A stretch of 64,000 bases of DNA. It comes from Mycobacteriales bacterium (GTDB lineage Bacteria > Actinomycetota > Actinomycetes > JAFAQI01). Of this stretch, positions 1 through 11,725 are shown one piece after another. Numbering within the stretch: position 1 is the first letter of the stretch; each line of letters starts with the position of its first letter. The DNA lies in contig DASSKP010000078.1 in assembly GCA_035690365.1 (NCBI GenBank), positions 54,337 through 118,336 on the forward strand, in the 5' to 3' direction. Made by a program: the position numbers and the translations under genes. A model generated the notes under the pieces. That model made no database searches. It was given only the letters and a program-made list of their open reading frames with translations, and was not told where the DNA came from.

Positions 1-109
1 CTCGAACCGCTCGCGAAGATCGTTCATGGCCCGGAACCTAGACCTGTCAGGACGCTCTCGCGAGAGCTACATCGGGTGGTCCTGACGACTTCGCCGTAGC
101 CTGGGCGAC

Positions 110-2041
110 ATGCCCGTCGAGTCGGTCTGGCCACGCCTGGAGCCGTTGCTGCCCCAGGTGTCGAAGCCGATCCAGTACGTCGGAGGCGAGCTGCACGCCA
201 CCGTCAAGGACTGGGACGTCGCCGGCGACGAGACCGTCCGCTGGTGCCTGATGTATCCCGACGCCTACGAGGTCGGACTGCCCAACCAGGGCGTGCAGAT
301 CCTTTACGAGGTGCTCAACGAGCGTGACGGCGTCCTGGCCGAGCGCACTTACAGCGTCTGGCCGGACATGGAAGCGGTCATGCGCGCGCAGGCGATCCCG
401 CAGTTCACGGTCGACGCGCACCGGCCGGTCAAGGCCTTCGACGTCTTCGGCATCAGCTTCTCGACCGAGCTCGGCTACACCAACATGCTGACCGCGCTCG
501 ACCTGGCCGGCATTGCGCTGCACGCTCGCGACCGCAGCGACGACGACCCGATCGTCGTCGCCGGTGGCCACGCGGCCTTCAACCCCGAGCCGATCGCCGA
601 CTTCGTCGACGCCGCAGTGCTCGGTGACGGCGAGCAGGCCGCGCTGCGCATCACCGAGATCGTCCGAGCCTGGAAGAGCGAGGGCCGGCCGGAAGGTCGC
701 CGCGGTCTGCTGATGCGGCTCGCGACCGACGGCGTCGCCTACGTCCCCTCCCTGTACGACGTCGACTACCTCCCCGACGGCCGGATCAGGCGCGTCACGC
801 CGGCTGTTGCCGGCGTCCCGTGGCGGGTCAGCAAGCACACGGTGATGGATCTCGACGCGTGGCCGTATCCCAAGAAACCGTTGGTGCCGCTCGCGGAGAC
901 GGTCCACGAGCGCTACAGCGTCGAGATCTTCCGCGGCTGCACGCGCGGCTGCCGGTTCTGCCAGGCCGGCATGATCACCCGCCCGGTACGCGAGCGCAGC
1001 ATCACGACGGTCGGTGAGATGGTGCAGCGCGGCATCGCCGCGACCGGCTTCGAAGAGGTCGGTCTGCTGTCGCTGTCGAGCGCGGACCACAGCGAGATCG
1101 GCGAGATCGCCAAGGGTCTCGCGGACCGCTACGAAGGCGAGAACGTCTCACTGTCCTTGCCCTCGACGCGGGTCGATGCGTTCAACATCACGCTCGCCGA
1201 CGAGCTGACGCGCAACGGCCGTCGTGCCGGCCTCACGTTCGCCCCGGAGGGCGGCAGTGAGCGCATGCGCAAGGTCATCAACAAGATGGTGACTGAGGAA
1301 GACCTGATCCGGACCGTGTCGACGGCCTACGGCAACGGCTGGCGGCAGGTGAAGCTCTACTTCATGTGCGGTCTACCGACCGAGACCGACGACGACGTCC
1401 TGCAGATCGCCGAGATGGCGAAGCACGTCATCGCCGCCGGGCGCGAGGCGGCGGGTCGCAAGGACATCCGCTGCACGATCTCGATCGGCGCGTTCGTCCC
1501 CAAGCCGCACACGCCGTTCCAGTGGGCCGCGCAGCTCGACTGGGAGACCGTCGACAGGCGGCTCCGGGCGCTCAAGGCGACGGTCATGAACGACCGCAAC
1601 TACGGCAAGTCGATCGGCATCCGCTACCACGACGGCCGGCCGTCGATCATCGAAGGACTGCTGTCCCGCGGTGACCGTCGCGTGGGTGCGGTCATCGAGC
1701 ACGTGTGGCGCGACGGCGGTCGCTTCGACGGCTGGAGCGAGCACTTCTCCTTCGAGCGCTGGTCTGCCGCGTGTGACGCGGTGTTCGCCGGGTCGCCGGT
1801 CTCGCTCGACTGGTACACGACCCGCGAACGTGACCAGTCCGAGGTGCTGCCCTGGGACCACCTCGACGCCGGCCTGGACAAGGACTGGATGTGGGAGGAC
1901 TGGCAGGACGCCCTGCGATCGGTTGAGGTCGACGACTGCCGCTGGACGCCCTGCTACGACTGCGGTGTCTGCCCGTCGATGGGCACCGAGATCCAGGTGG
2001 GTCCGACCGGACGTCCGCTCCTGCCCCTCTCGCCGGTCTGA
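110..2041 (+). CDS. B12-binding-domain radical SAM protein (TIGR03960-like)
   Basis: The ORF track gives a 643-aa protein with a canonical radical SAM cysteine triad, FRGCTRGCRFCQAG. A radical SAM gene in this position upstream of rne is conserved in actinobacteria. Confidence 0.85.
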   Translation: MPVESVWPRLEPLLPQVSKPIQYVGGELHATVKDWDVAGDETVRWCLMYPDAYEVGLPNQGVQILYEVLNERDGVLAERTYSVWPDMEAVMRAQAIPQFTVDAHRPVKAFDVFGISFSTELGYTNMLTALDLAGIALHARDRSDDDPIVVAGGHAAFNPEPIADFVDAAVLGDGEQAALRITEIVRAWKSEGRPEGRRGLLMRLATDGVAYVPSLYDVDYLPDGRIRRVTPAVAGVPWRVSKHTVMDLDAWPYPKKPLVPLAETVHERYSVEIFRGCTRGCRFCQAGMITRPVRERSITTVGEMVQRGIAATGFEEVGLLSLSSADHSEIGEIAKGLADRYEGENVSLSLPSTRVDAFNITLADELTRNGRRAGLTFAPEGGSERMRKVINKMVTEEDLIRTVSTAYGNGWRQVKLYFMCGLPTETDDDVLQIAEMAKHVIAAGREAAGRKDIRCTISIGAFVPKPHTPFQWAAQLDWETVDRRLRALKATVMNDRNYGKSIGIRYHDGRPSIIEGLLSRGDRRVGAVIEHVWRDGGRFDGWSEHFSFERWSAACDAVFAGSPVSLDWYTTRERDQSEVLPWDHLDAGLDKDWMWEDWQDALRSVEVDDCRWTPCYDCGVCPSMGTEIQVGPTGRPLLPLSPV

Positions 2042-2045
2042 GTCG

Positions 2046-2885
2046 ATGAGCCGGCAACCCGACCGGCCGCCCCCGCCGCCGGTGGTGCAGCGGCTGCGGA
2101 TCCGCTACGCCAAGCGCGACCGGATGCGCTTCACCAGCCACCGCGACGTCGCGCGAGCGCTGGAGAGGGCGCTCCGCAGAGCTCAGCTGCCGATGGCCTA
2201 CTCCGCCGGGTTCTCGCCGCACCCGAAGGTCTCCTACGCCGGTGCGTCGCCGACCGGCGTCGCGTCGGAGGCGGAGTACGTGGAGATCGCTCTCGCGGAC
2301 AAGCGCGACCCGGACGACGTACGGCGTGCTCTCGACGCCGCGCTGCCGCCGGGACTGGACATCGTCGAGGTCGTCGAAGCGGCGCCGGGCGCGTCGCTGG
2401 GGGAGCGGATCTCGGCGTCCCGCTGGCAGGTCGAGCTGCGCGAGGTCGATCCGGCGGTCGCAGGGGAGGCCATCGAGCGCTTCCTGGCGCTCGAGACCGC
2501 GCCCGTCGAGCGGCCGACCAAGGACGGCACCCGCACCGTGGACGCCCGCGCCGCCGTGGTCACCCTGGCAATCGCCGACCATCGGCCTTCTGTGGCCGAC
2601 ATTCGGCAATCGGCCGGACCTGGCGCGCCGCCGGGGGGAGATTTCGCCCCCTGTGCGATACTCGACCTGGTCGTACGGCACACAACACCCGCTGTCCGAC
2701 CCGACGACGTCATGATGGCGCTGCGTCAGGCGGCCGCCCTCCCGACACCCGTCACCCCCCTGGTGACGAGGCTGGCGCAGGGCCTGCTCGACGAGACGCC
2801 GTCCGCCTCCGACGGAACGCCGGACCACCCGGTCCAGCTGATCGACCCGCTGGCTGCAGACGCTGTCGAGGCTCCGCCGCAGTAG
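2046..2885 (+). CDS. Radical SAM-associated protein (DUF2344/TIGR03936-like)
   Basis: The start is an in-frame ATG (MSRQPDRPPP...) inside the longer track ORF 1671..2885. It is co-oriented with and 5 nt downstream of the radical SAM gene. The conserved N-terminus is RIRYAKRDRMRFTSHRD. Confidence 0.7.
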   Translation: MSRQPDRPPPPPVVQRLRIRYAKRDRMRFTSHRDVARALERALRRAQLPMAYSAGFSPHPKVSYAGASPTGVASEAEYVEIALADKRDPDDVRRALDAALPPGLDIVEVVEAAPGASLGERISASRWQVELREVDPAVAGEAIERFLALETAPVERPTKDGTRTVDARAAVVTLAIADHRPSVADIRQSAGPGAPPGGDFAPCAILDLVVRHTTPAVRPDDVMMALRQAAALPTPVTPLVTRLAQGLLDETPSASDGTPDHPVQLIDPLAADAVEAPPQ

Positions 2886-3015
2886 GGAAAACCGCGGTGG
2901 CGCCTTCCACCCAGGCTTCCGCAGGCAAGGCCCAGACCTCTGCCGGCGGCACGATCGGCTCCTGTGCGGAGCGCCCCGCGGGGCGCACCCGGGAGCGGAC
3001 GGGAGAACACCCCGC

Positions 3016-5790
3016 ATGCAGGACGACGAGCGCACGAACGCGCCCGACACGCCGACCACCGGCTCCGCAGGCAGTGCCGACGCGGCGTCGACGGCACCGA
3101 AGACCCCACGCAAGCGGGTCGCCAAGAAGGCGGCGGCCGGCGCTCCGCCGCCTCCGGACGAGGGCGCTGGCCCCGGCGCCGGGAGTGCCGAGACGCCGGT
3201 GAAGCCGGCTCGCCGGACCCGCAAGAGCGCGGCTGGTGCTGAACCTCCAGCGGAGGTCGAGACTTCAGCTGCGCCTGTCGACTCAGGCGCTGCCGAGCCT
3301 GCGCGCCCGACGCGCAGCCGCAGCCGCAAGACCGCCGCGCAGAAGGCAACGGCGGGAGCGGTCGAGGACACCGACGCGGCGGCGCGTGCCGTCGAGGACG
3401 AGGCTCCGCTGCCCGCCCTGGACACCAGTGCCGAGGAGCGCAGTGGCGTGCCGACGGTGCTCTTCCAGCCGCCGGAGCCGGCGGCGACGCCCCGCAAGCG
3501 CGCGCCGCGCAAGAAGGCCGCGCCGGCATCGCCGGCATCGGCGGCCGGGGACACGGGCGTGGCGGAGGACGGCGTCGTCGACCTGGCGAAGCGCCTGGCG
3601 GCCCTGGCGGACGCCGACGAGACCGACGCCGGCGCAGTCGCCGACGCGACGGCCGGCGACGAAGCTGCTGAGGGCGAGACTGCTGAGGGCGATCGCCCGG
3701 CGCGTCGCCGCCGGCGCGGTGGGCGCGGACGCGGTCGGGGCGCCGGCGGGGCCGGCGCTGAGGGCGGTCCGGACGGCGAGGCTGCTGACCAGGCCGACGC
3801 CGCCGCAGACGACGAGGCCGAGAGCGCGGAAGACGCGGAGGCCGCCGACGACGGTGACGAGTCCGAAGCGGCCGCCAACCGCCGCCGTCGCCGCCGTCGC
3901 CGCCGTCGCAAGGGTGACGGCGAGACCGACGCCAACGGCGAGGACGACGAGACCGTCGAGACCGTCGTACACGTCCGTGAGCCGCGTCCCGCGGCGAAGA
4001 AGACCGCCGGGAGCCGCAGTCGCGGCGGTGGCGGCGGGGGCGGAGCCGCCACCGGCGGTGAGGCCGACGAGGACGGCGTACGCGGGCTCAAGGGCTCGAC
4101 CCGTCTCGAGGCCAAGCGGCAGCGCCGCCGCGAGGGCCGGGACACCGGCCGCCGCCGCGTGCCGATCATCACCGAGTCGGAGTTCCTCGCCAGGCGCGAG
4201 TCCGTCGACCGCGTGATGGTGGTGCGACAGGCGGAGGACCGCACGCAGATCGGCGTGCTGGAGGACGGCATCCTCGTCGAGCACTTCGTGGCTCGCAAGG
4301 ACCAGACGTCGATGGTCGGCAACGTCTACCTCGGCAAGGTGCAGAACGTCCTGCCCAGCATGGAGGCGGCGTTCGTCGACATCGGTCGTGGCCGCAACGC
4401 GGTGCTCTACGCCGGCGAGGTCAACTACGACGCGAGTGCACTCGAAGGTCGCGCGCCGCGCATCGAGCAGGCGCTGAAGAGCGGCCAGTCGGTGCTCGTG
4501 CAGGTCACCAAGGACCCGATCGGTCACAAGGGCGCGCGGCTCACCAGCCAGGTCAGCCTGCCCGGTCGCTACATGGTCTACGTGCCGGACGGGCGCGTCT
4601 CCGGTATCAGCCGCAAGCTCCCCGACACGGAGCGCACCCGGCTCAAGGGCATCCTCAAGCGGCTCACCCCCGAGGACGCCGGCGTCATCATCCGCACCGC
4701 CGCGGAAGGCGCGACCGAGGAAGACCTCGAGCGCGACCTCAACCGGCTGCACGCGCAGTGGGAGGACATCGCCAAGAAGGCGCAGACCGCCGCCGCGCCG
4801 TCACTCATCTACGGCGAGCCGGATGTCGTCATCCGCGTCATCCGCGACATCTTCAACGAGGACTTCAAAGAGCTCATCGTCTCGGGTGCCGACGAGTGGG
4901 ACACCGTCGACAACTACCTGCGCTGGGTTGCGCCAGACCTCGCCGAGCGTGCCCGCCGGTGGACCGACGAGCAGGACATCTTCGAGGCCTTCCGAGTCGA
5001 CGAGCAGCTCGCGAAGGCTCTCGACCGCAAGGTGCACCTGCCGTCGGGTGGCTCGCTCGTCATCGACAAGACCGAGGCGATGGTCGTCGTCGACGTCAAC
5101 ACCGGGAAGTTCACCGGCAAGGGCGGCAACCTCGAGGAGACCGTCACCAAGAACAACCTCGAAGCTGCGGAGGAGATCGTCCGGCAGCTCCGGCTGCGCG
5201 ACATCGGCGGCATCATCGTCATCGACTTCATCGACATGGTGCTCGAGTCCAACCGCGACCTCGTGCTGCGGCGGCTGCTGGAGTGCCTCGGCCGCGACCG
5301 CACCCGTCACCAGGTGGCGGAGGTCACGTCGCTCGGGCTCGTGCAGATGACCCGCAAGCGGGTCGGTCAGGGTCTGCTCGAGGCCTTCAGCGAGACGTGC
5401 AAGGAGTGCGGCGGCCGCGGGGTTCTGCTGAACCTGGACCCGGTGGCGGGCAAGCGTCCGACCGGAGCGGGTACGCCGACCGTCGCCGGCTCCTCGAACC
5501 AGAACGGCGGGTCGTCCGGCGGCTCGGGCTCCGGCAAAACCGGCAGCGGCGGGTCCGGCAGGACCGGCGGCGAGGGCAACGGCGGCGGGTCCGGCAGCGA
5601 GGGCGAGCCGAAGAAGCGCCGCTCGCGCGGCGGCCGCGGCCGCAACAAGTCCGGCAACGGCGACGGCGGCAACGGCGAAGCCTCCACCGGCGAGGGCGGC
5701 GGCAACGTCGAGGCCTCGACCGGCGATGCGGCGACGGCGGACAAGGGTCCGGCGGACGCCGTACCGGCAGAGTCCTCAGCCGGCGCCTAG
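3016..5790 (+). CDS. rne: Ribonuclease E
   Basis: The 924-aa protein has a central S1/RNase E-G catalytic core (VYLGKVQNVLPSMEAAFVDIGRGRNAVLYAGEV...DIGGIIVIDFIDM). Long Arg/Asp/Glu/Gly-rich low-complexity N- and C-terminal extensions are typical of actinobacterial RNase E. Confidence 0.85.
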   Translation: MQDDERTNAPDTPTTGSAGSADAASTAPKTPRKRVAKKAAAGAPPPPDEGAGPGAGSAETPVKPARRTRKSAAGAEPPAEVETSAAPVDSGAAEPARPTRSRSRKTAAQKATAGAVEDTDAAARAVEDEAPLPALDTSAEERSGVPTVLFQPPEPAATPRKRAPRKKAAPASPASAAGDTGVAEDGVVDLAKRLAALADADETDAGAVADATAGDEAAEGETAEGDRPARRRRRGGRGRGRGAGGAGAEGGPDGEAADQADAAADDEAESAEDAEAADDGDESEAAANRRRRRRRRRRKGDGETDANGEDDETVETVVHVREPRPAAKKTAGSRSRGGGGGGGAATGGEADEDGVRGLKGSTRLEAKRQRRREGRDTGRRRVPIITESEFLARRESVDRVMVVRQAEDRTQIGVLEDGILVEHFVARKDQTSMVGNVYLGKVQNVLPSMEAAFVDIGRGRNAVLYAGEVNYDASALEGRAPRIEQALKSGQSVLVQVTKDPIGHKGARLTSQVSLPGRYMVYVPDGRVSGISRKLPDTERTRLKGILKRLTPEDAGVIIRTAAEGATEEDLERDLNRLHAQWEDIAKKAQTAAAPSLIYGEPDVVIRVIRDIFNEDFKELIVSGADEWDTVDNYLRWVAPDLAERARRWTDEQDIFEAFRVDEQLAKALDRKVHLPSGGSLVIDKTEAMVVVDVNTGKFTGKGGNLEETVTKNNLEAAEEIVRQLRLRDIGGIIVIDFIDMVLESNRDLVLRRLLECLGRDRTRHQVAEVTSLGLVQMTRKRVGQGLLEAFSETCKECGGRGVLLNLDPVAGKRPTGAGTPTVAGSSNQNGGSSGGSGSGKTGSGGSGRTGGEGNGGGSGSEGEPKKRRSRGGRGRNKSGNGDGGNGEASTGEGGGNVEASTGDAATADKGPADAVPAESSAGA

Positions 5791-5815
5791 CAGTCGCGGC
5801 GGGACAGCGCTCGGG

Positions 5816-6049
5816 CTAGGTGGAGGGGTAGCTGCGGACCATCGATCCTTCGGCCGCAGCCCCGCCCTCGGCCTGGTTACGCGTCAGAACCCGGCGGGCG
5901 ATCGCCATCGCGGCGTCCACGGCATCGCTGGCGCGGCTGGTGTCGCTTGCCTCGAGGGCGTACTTGGCCACGGCAAGGTGCTGGACGAGGTCGTCGAGCT
6001 CCTCTGCGTGCATGTGGCCAGCCTGACCGATCACCGTTCGGAAAGCCAT
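5816..6049 (-). CDS. Hypothetical small protein (77 aa)
   Basis: This is the only ORF in the 308-bp rne-rplU spacer. No recognisable SD was found, and no homology is recalled. Confidence 0.2.
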   Translation of the reverse strand: MAFRTVIGQAGHMHAEELDDLVQHLAVAKYALEASDTSRASDAVDAAMAIARRVLTRNQAEGGAAAEGSMVRSYPST

Positions 6050-6173
6050 GACTAACCGGAGTCATTTGTCCGAATAGTGCGAACCGCCCGCTGGGAGGAT
6101 GACGTTTGACCCGGTCCGGCGCAGATCCGGTACTCTCGATAGTCCCCATCAGCATGTGTCGAGGAGCTTCACC

Positions 6174-6491
6174 GTGTACGCGATCGTCCGCGCCGGCGGC
6201 CACCAGCACCGAGTCGCCGTCGGCGACACGCTGCAGGTCAACCGCCTGACCGCCGCTCCGGGTGACTCGATCACCCTTCCCGCGGTGCTGCTCGTCGACG
6301 ACGCTGGCGCGGTGACCTCCGACGCCGCCAAGCTCAGCGCAGCGCGGATCACCGCCGAGATCGTCGAGCACGGCAAGGGCCCGAAGATCGTCATTCACAA
6401 GTTCCGCAACAAGACCGGCTACCACAAGCGGCAGGGTCACCGGCAGGGGCTCAGCACGCTTCGGGTCACCGGCATCGAGACCGGGAAGTAG
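6174..6491 (+). CDS. rplU: 50S ribosomal protein L21
   Basis: The N-terminus is the L21 signature [14 protein letters not shown]... The GTG start sits 8 nt downstream of GAGGAG, inside the longer track ORF 6099..6491. Confidence 0.9.
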   Translation: MYAIVRAGGHQHRVAVGDTLQVNRLTAAPGDSITLPAVLLVDDAGAVTSDAAKLSAARITAEIVEHGKGPKIVIHKFRNKTGYHKRQGHRQGLSTLRVTGIETGK

Positions 6492-6497
6492 TCCGCG

Positions 6498-6764
6498 ATG
6501 GCACACAAGAAGGGCGCCTCGTCCTCCCGCAACGGGCGTGACTCCAACGCGCAGCGGCTCGGTGTGAAGCGGTTCGGCGGCCAGGTCGTCAAGGCCGGCG
6601 AGATTCTCGTCCGCCAGCGCGGCACCCACTTCCACCCCGGCCTCAACGTCGGCCGCGGCGGCGACGACACGCTGTTCGCGACGGCTGCCGGTGCGGTGGA
6701 GTTCGGCCACCTGCGCGGTCGCCGCGTCGTCTCGATCGTCCCGAGCGAGTCGCAGACCGCCTGA
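6498..6764 (+). CDS. rpmA: 50S ribosomal protein L27
   Basis: [29 protein letters not shown] is the L27 signature. The gene lies immediately after rplU. Confidence 0.95.
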   Translation: MAHKKGASSSRNGRDSNAQRLGVKRFGGQVVKAGEILVRQRGTHFHPGLNVGRGGDDTLFATAAGAVEFGHLRGRRVVSIVPSESQTA

Positions 6765-6798
6765 CGCGGTCGCGCACTCGCTGTTTCGAGACACCAGC

Positions 6799-8274
6799 AT
6801 GGCCGCGACCTTCGTCGACCGCGCCGTGCTGCACGCCGCCGGTGGCAACGGCGGCCACGGCTGCGCCTCGGTGCACCGCGAGAAGTTCAAGCCGCTCGGC
6901 GGCCCCGACGGCGGCAACGGCGGTCGCGGCGGTGACGTGACGCTCGTCGTCGATGGCAGCGTCACGACGTTGCTCGACCTGCACCGCCATCCGCATCGCA
7001 AGGCCGGCAGCGGAAAGCCCGGCCAGGGTTCGATGCGCGACGGTGCCGAGGGCGGCGACCTCGAGGTGCCGGTGCCGGACGGCACAGTCGTCCGCGACGC
7101 CGACACCGGTGAGGAGCTGGCCGACCTGGTCGGCATCGGAAGTCGGTACGTCGTCGCTCGCGGCGGACGTGGTGGCCTCGGCAACGCCGCGTTGGCCTCG
7201 CCCCGCCGAAAGGCTCCCGGCTTCGCTCTGCTCGGCGAGCCGGGCGACGCCCGCGACGTCGTGCTCGAGCTGAAGACCGTCGCCGACGTCGCGCTGGTCG
7301 GCTTCCCCAACGCCGGCAAGTCCTCTCTCATCGCCTCGGTCTCGGCAGCCAAGCCGAAGATCGCCGACTACCCGTTCACGACGCTGGTCCCCAACCTTGG
7401 TGTCGTCGAGGCGGGCGAGACCGTGTTCACGGTCGCCGACGTGCCCGGTCTCGTGCCGGGTGCGTCCAGCGGGCGTGGGCTCGGGCTGGAGTTCCTTCGC
7501 CACGTCGAGCGGTGCTCTGTGCTCGTCCATGTCGTCGACTGCGCGACGGTCGAGCCGGACCGCGACCCGGCGAGCGATCTGCAGACGATCGAAGACGAGC
7601 TGACGTCGTACGGCGGTCTGCTGGACCGACCGCGGCTGGTCGTGCTCAACAAGGTCGACGTCCCGGATGCCCGCGAGCTCGCCGAGATGGTGCGCGACGA
7701 CATCGCTCAGCGCTGGGACTGGCCCGTGCATCTGGTCTCTGCCGCGACGCACGAAGGTCTGCGCGAGCTGCGCTTCGCGATGGCCGAGCGGGTCGCGGCT
7801 GCCCGCGCGGCCGCGCCGCCGGTCGAGGCGACCCGCATCGTGCTGCGGCCGACACCCACCAAGGACCCCGGCTTCTCGGTCGAGCAGACGGGTGACCAGG
7901 CGTTCGTCGTGCACGGCGACCGGCCGCGGCGCTGGGTTCTGCAGACCGACTTCAGCAACGACGAAGCGGTCGGCTATCTCGCCGACCGGCTCGCGCGGCT
8001 CGGAGTCGAGGACGCGCTGGCCGACCTCGGCGCCGTCGCCGGCGCGGAGGTGACGATCGGCGACGTGACCTTCGACTGGGTGCCGACGCTGCGCGCGAGT
8101 GCCTCACCGGTCGGCGGCCGCGGCACCGATGCGCGGCTCGAGCAGACCTCGCGACTTCGCGCCGAGGACCGCAAGGCCTCGCGCAAGGCGCGGCGCTCGG
8201 CGTTCGACGAAGAGGTCGAGTCCGACTGGACGTCACACGACGGCGACGGCGCGGAAGGCGACGAGACGTCGTGA
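6799..8274 (+). CDS. obg: GTPase Obg
   Basis: It has the Obg N-terminal glycine-rich fold ([34 protein letters not shown]), a G domain ([10 protein letters not shown]) and an actinobacterial C-terminal extension. The rplU-rpmA-obg synteny supports the call. Confidence 0.9.
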   Translation: MAATFVDRAVLHAAGGNGGHGCASVHREKFKPLGGPDGGNGGRGGDVTLVVDGSVTTLLDLHRHPHRKAGSGKPGQGSMRDGAEGGDLEVPVPDGTVVRDADTGEELADLVGIGSRYVVARGGRGGLGNAALASPRRKAPGFALLGEPGDARDVVLELKTVADVALVGFPNAGKSSLIASVSAAKPKIADYPFTTLVPNLGVVEAGETVFTVADVPGLVPGASSGRGLGLEFLRHVERCSVLVHVVDCATVEPDRDPASDLQTIEDELTSYGGLLDRPRLVVLNKVDVPDARELAEMVRDDIAQRWDWPVHLVSAATHEGLRELRFAMAERVAAARAAAPPVEATRIVLRPTPTKDPGFSVEQTGDQAFVVHGDRPRRWVLQTDFSNDEAVGYLADRLARLGVEDALADLGAVAGAEVTIGDVTFDWVPTLRASASPVGGRGTDARLEQTSRLRAEDRKASRKARRSAFDEEVESDWTSHDGDGAEGDETS

Positions 8275-9392
8275 GCCGGCCGGAGATCGCCGCGGCGAAA
8301 CGGCTCGTCGTCAAGGTCGGCTCGTCGTCACTGGCGAGCCCGGCCGGTGGTGTCGATGAGGCGCAGCTGCGCCTGCTCGTCGACGCGATCGCGGCGCGAG
8401 CGAAGTCGGGCACGCAGGTCGTGCTCGTCTCGTCCGGCGCGATCGCGGCGGGGCTCAAGCCGCTCGGTGTCGGGAAGCGGCCGCGCGACCTCGCCACGCA
8501 ACAGGCGGCGGCGAGCGTCGGGCAAGGGCTGCTGGTCGCCCGCTACACGGCGGCGTTCGCCGAGCATGACCTTGCGGTCGGGCAGGTGCTGCTCACCAGC
8601 GACGACATCGTGCGGCGCGTGCACTACCGCAACGCGCAGCGGACGTTCGAACGGCTGCTGTCGTTCGGCGTCGTACCTGTCGTCAACGAGAACGACACTG
8701 TCGCGACCGATGAGATCCGGTTCGGGGACAACGACCGGCTGGCTGCACTCGTCACCCACCTCGTCCGTGCCGATGCGTTGGTGCTGCTGTCCGATGTCGA
8801 CGGTGTGTACGACGTCGACCCGGCGCACGGCTCGGCCGCCGAGATCGTCAGCGACGTGCGCAGCGACGCCGACATCGCACACGTCCGGCTGGGCCGGACC
8901 GGCGCGGCGGGTGTCGGCAGCGGCGGCATGGCGACGAAGCTCGACGCCGCGCGGATCGCTGCAGGTGCCGGGGTGCCGACGCTGCTCGCGCATGCCCGCG
9001 AGGTCGCGGCAGCGATCGGCGGCGAGGACATCGGCACGTGCTTCCATCCCACGGGTCCGCGGGCACCGGCCCGAATGCTGTGGCTGGCGCACGCGACGAC
9101 CCCCCGCGGCCGGTTGGTCCTCGACGACGGTGCGGTGCGTGCCGTCGTCGACCGGCGCACGTCGTTGCTTCCCGCCGGAGTTGTCCGGGTCGACGGCGAC
9201 TTCGCTGCGGGAGACCCGGTGGAGCTGATCGACGAAAACGGCCACGCGATCGCTCGCGGGCTGGTCAACTACGACGCAGAGGAGCTGCCCGCGCTGCTCG
9301 GTCGGTCCACGCAGGACCTGTCCGCGACGCTCGGCGCCGGCTACTCGCGTGAGGTCGTGCATCGCGACGACCTCGTCCTGCTCCGTCGTTGA
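8271..9392 (+). CDS. proB: Glutamate 5-kinase
   Basis: The GTG start overlaps the obg stop (GTGA). It has an amino-acid kinase fold ([11 protein letters not shown]) plus a C-terminal PUA domain. Confidence 0.9.
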   Translation: MSRPEIAAAKRLVVKVGSSSLASPAGGVDEAQLRLLVDAIAARAKSGTQVVLVSSGAIAAGLKPLGVGKRPRDLATQQAAASVGQGLLVARYTAAFAEHDLAVGQVLLTSDDIVRRVHYRNAQRTFERLLSFGVVPVVNENDTVATDEIRFGDNDRLAALVTHLVRADALVLLSDVDGVYDVDPAHGSAAEIVSDVRSDADIAHVRLGRTGAAGVGSGGMATKLDAARIAAGAGVPTLLAHAREVAAAIGGEDIGTCFHPTGPRAPARMLWLAHATTPRGRLVLDDGAVRAVVDRRTSLLPAGVVRVDGDFAAGDPVELIDENGHAIARGLVNYDAEELPALLGRSTQDLSATLGAGYSREVVHRDDLVLLRR

Positions 9393-9404
9393 GGGAGGCG
9401 CCGC

Positions 9405-9746
9405 GTGTCCGAGCCGCAGCTCTGGCACGTGACCCTCATGGTCGCGGGGGACCCGTTCGAACCGGCCGCAGTTCTCTCTGCGCTGGAGCGGCTCGCTCGC
9501 GAGCGGCCGTTCTTCCTCTCCGGACGGTACGACGGCGAACGCGCCGAGCTGCGCTACTGGGAAGAGGCAACCGACTGCACCGACGCCTGTGCGATGGCGC
9601 TACGGCTCTGGGGTGAGCATCGCGAGTCGGCCCTGCTGCCGCCGTGGCAGGTGTGCGGAGTCGAGGTGTTCTCGCGCGACGAGCACATGCGCCGGTCGGG
9701 GCAGTCGGTCTCGTCAGCGGGTGGCTGGAGCCGCTTCGGCGAGTAG
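9405..9746 (+). CDS. Hypothetical protein (113 aa)
   Basis: The GTG start is preceded by GAGGGAGG. It sits compactly between proB and the GuaB1-like gene. Its function is not recognised. Confidence 0.5.
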   Translation: MSEPQLWHVTLMVAGDPFEPAAVLSALERLARERPFFLSGRYDGERAELRYWEEATDCTDACAMALRLWGEHRESALLPPWQVCGVEVFSRDEHMRRSGQSVSSAGGWSRFGE

Positions 9747-11195
<1,449 letters not shown>

Positions 11196-11237
11196 CTCGC
11201 TCCCGGACTGTCCCTCGCCGGGTCTACGTTCCGGGAC

Positions 11238-11711
11238 ATGCGGACCGGTCGGCCTTCAATGCCTTCGGGCTACGGAATCGCTCGCGGCGACGACGGGCGG
11301 CTGCCGTGGAGCTACGTCGAGGAGCAGTGCATTGCCTCGCGGAACTACTGGGTGTGCACGACGCGGCCGGACGGGCGGCCGCACGCGATGCCGGTCTGGG
11401 GGCTGTGGCTCGACGATCGCATCGTGTTCTCGACAGATCCGCAGTCGTTGAAGGCGCGCAACTTTGCGTCTCGGCCGGAAGTGGTCGTGCACCTCGAGAG
11501 TGGCGACGAGGTGGTGGTCGTGGAGGGTCGGGTCGAGGCGATGGAGCCCGGGCTGCTCCCGGCGTTCCTGGATGCGTACGAGGTGAAGTACGACTACCGG
11601 CCGAGTGCGGATCAGACCGACGGGGTCTACCAGGTCAGGCCGCAGCGGGTGCTGGCCTGGCGGGAGCAGGACTTCCCGACATCGGCCACCCGCTTCGACC
11701 GCGGAAAGTAG
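11238..11711 (+). CDS. Pyridoxamine 5'-phosphate oxidase-family (F420/FMN-binding split-barrel) protein
   Basis: The 157-aa protein has the PPOX-like motif [21 protein letters not shown]. It lies in a different frame from the overlapping extended proA ORF. Confidence 0.7.
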   Translation: MRTGRPSMPSGYGIARGDDGRLPWSYVEEQCIASRNYWVCTTRPDGRPHAMPVWGLWLDDRIVFSTDPQSLKARNFASRPEVVVHLESGDEVVVVEGRVEAMEPGLLPAFLDAYEVKYDYRPSADQTDGVYQVRPQRVLAWREQDFPTSATRFDRGK

Positions 11712-11725
11712 TTACCCTCGTTGGT

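Noticed and set aside
47-1090. A 347-aa minus-strand ORF.
   Set aside because: It is antisense to the radical SAM gene, whose CxxxCxxC motif and synteny are convincing.
1692-4322. An 876-aa minus-strand ORF, with overlapping 489-aa and 326-aa ORFs.
   Set aside because: They lie antisense or out of frame to RNase E and its low-complexity arms. Their composition is extreme in Arg/Ala/Ser/Pro, with no domain.
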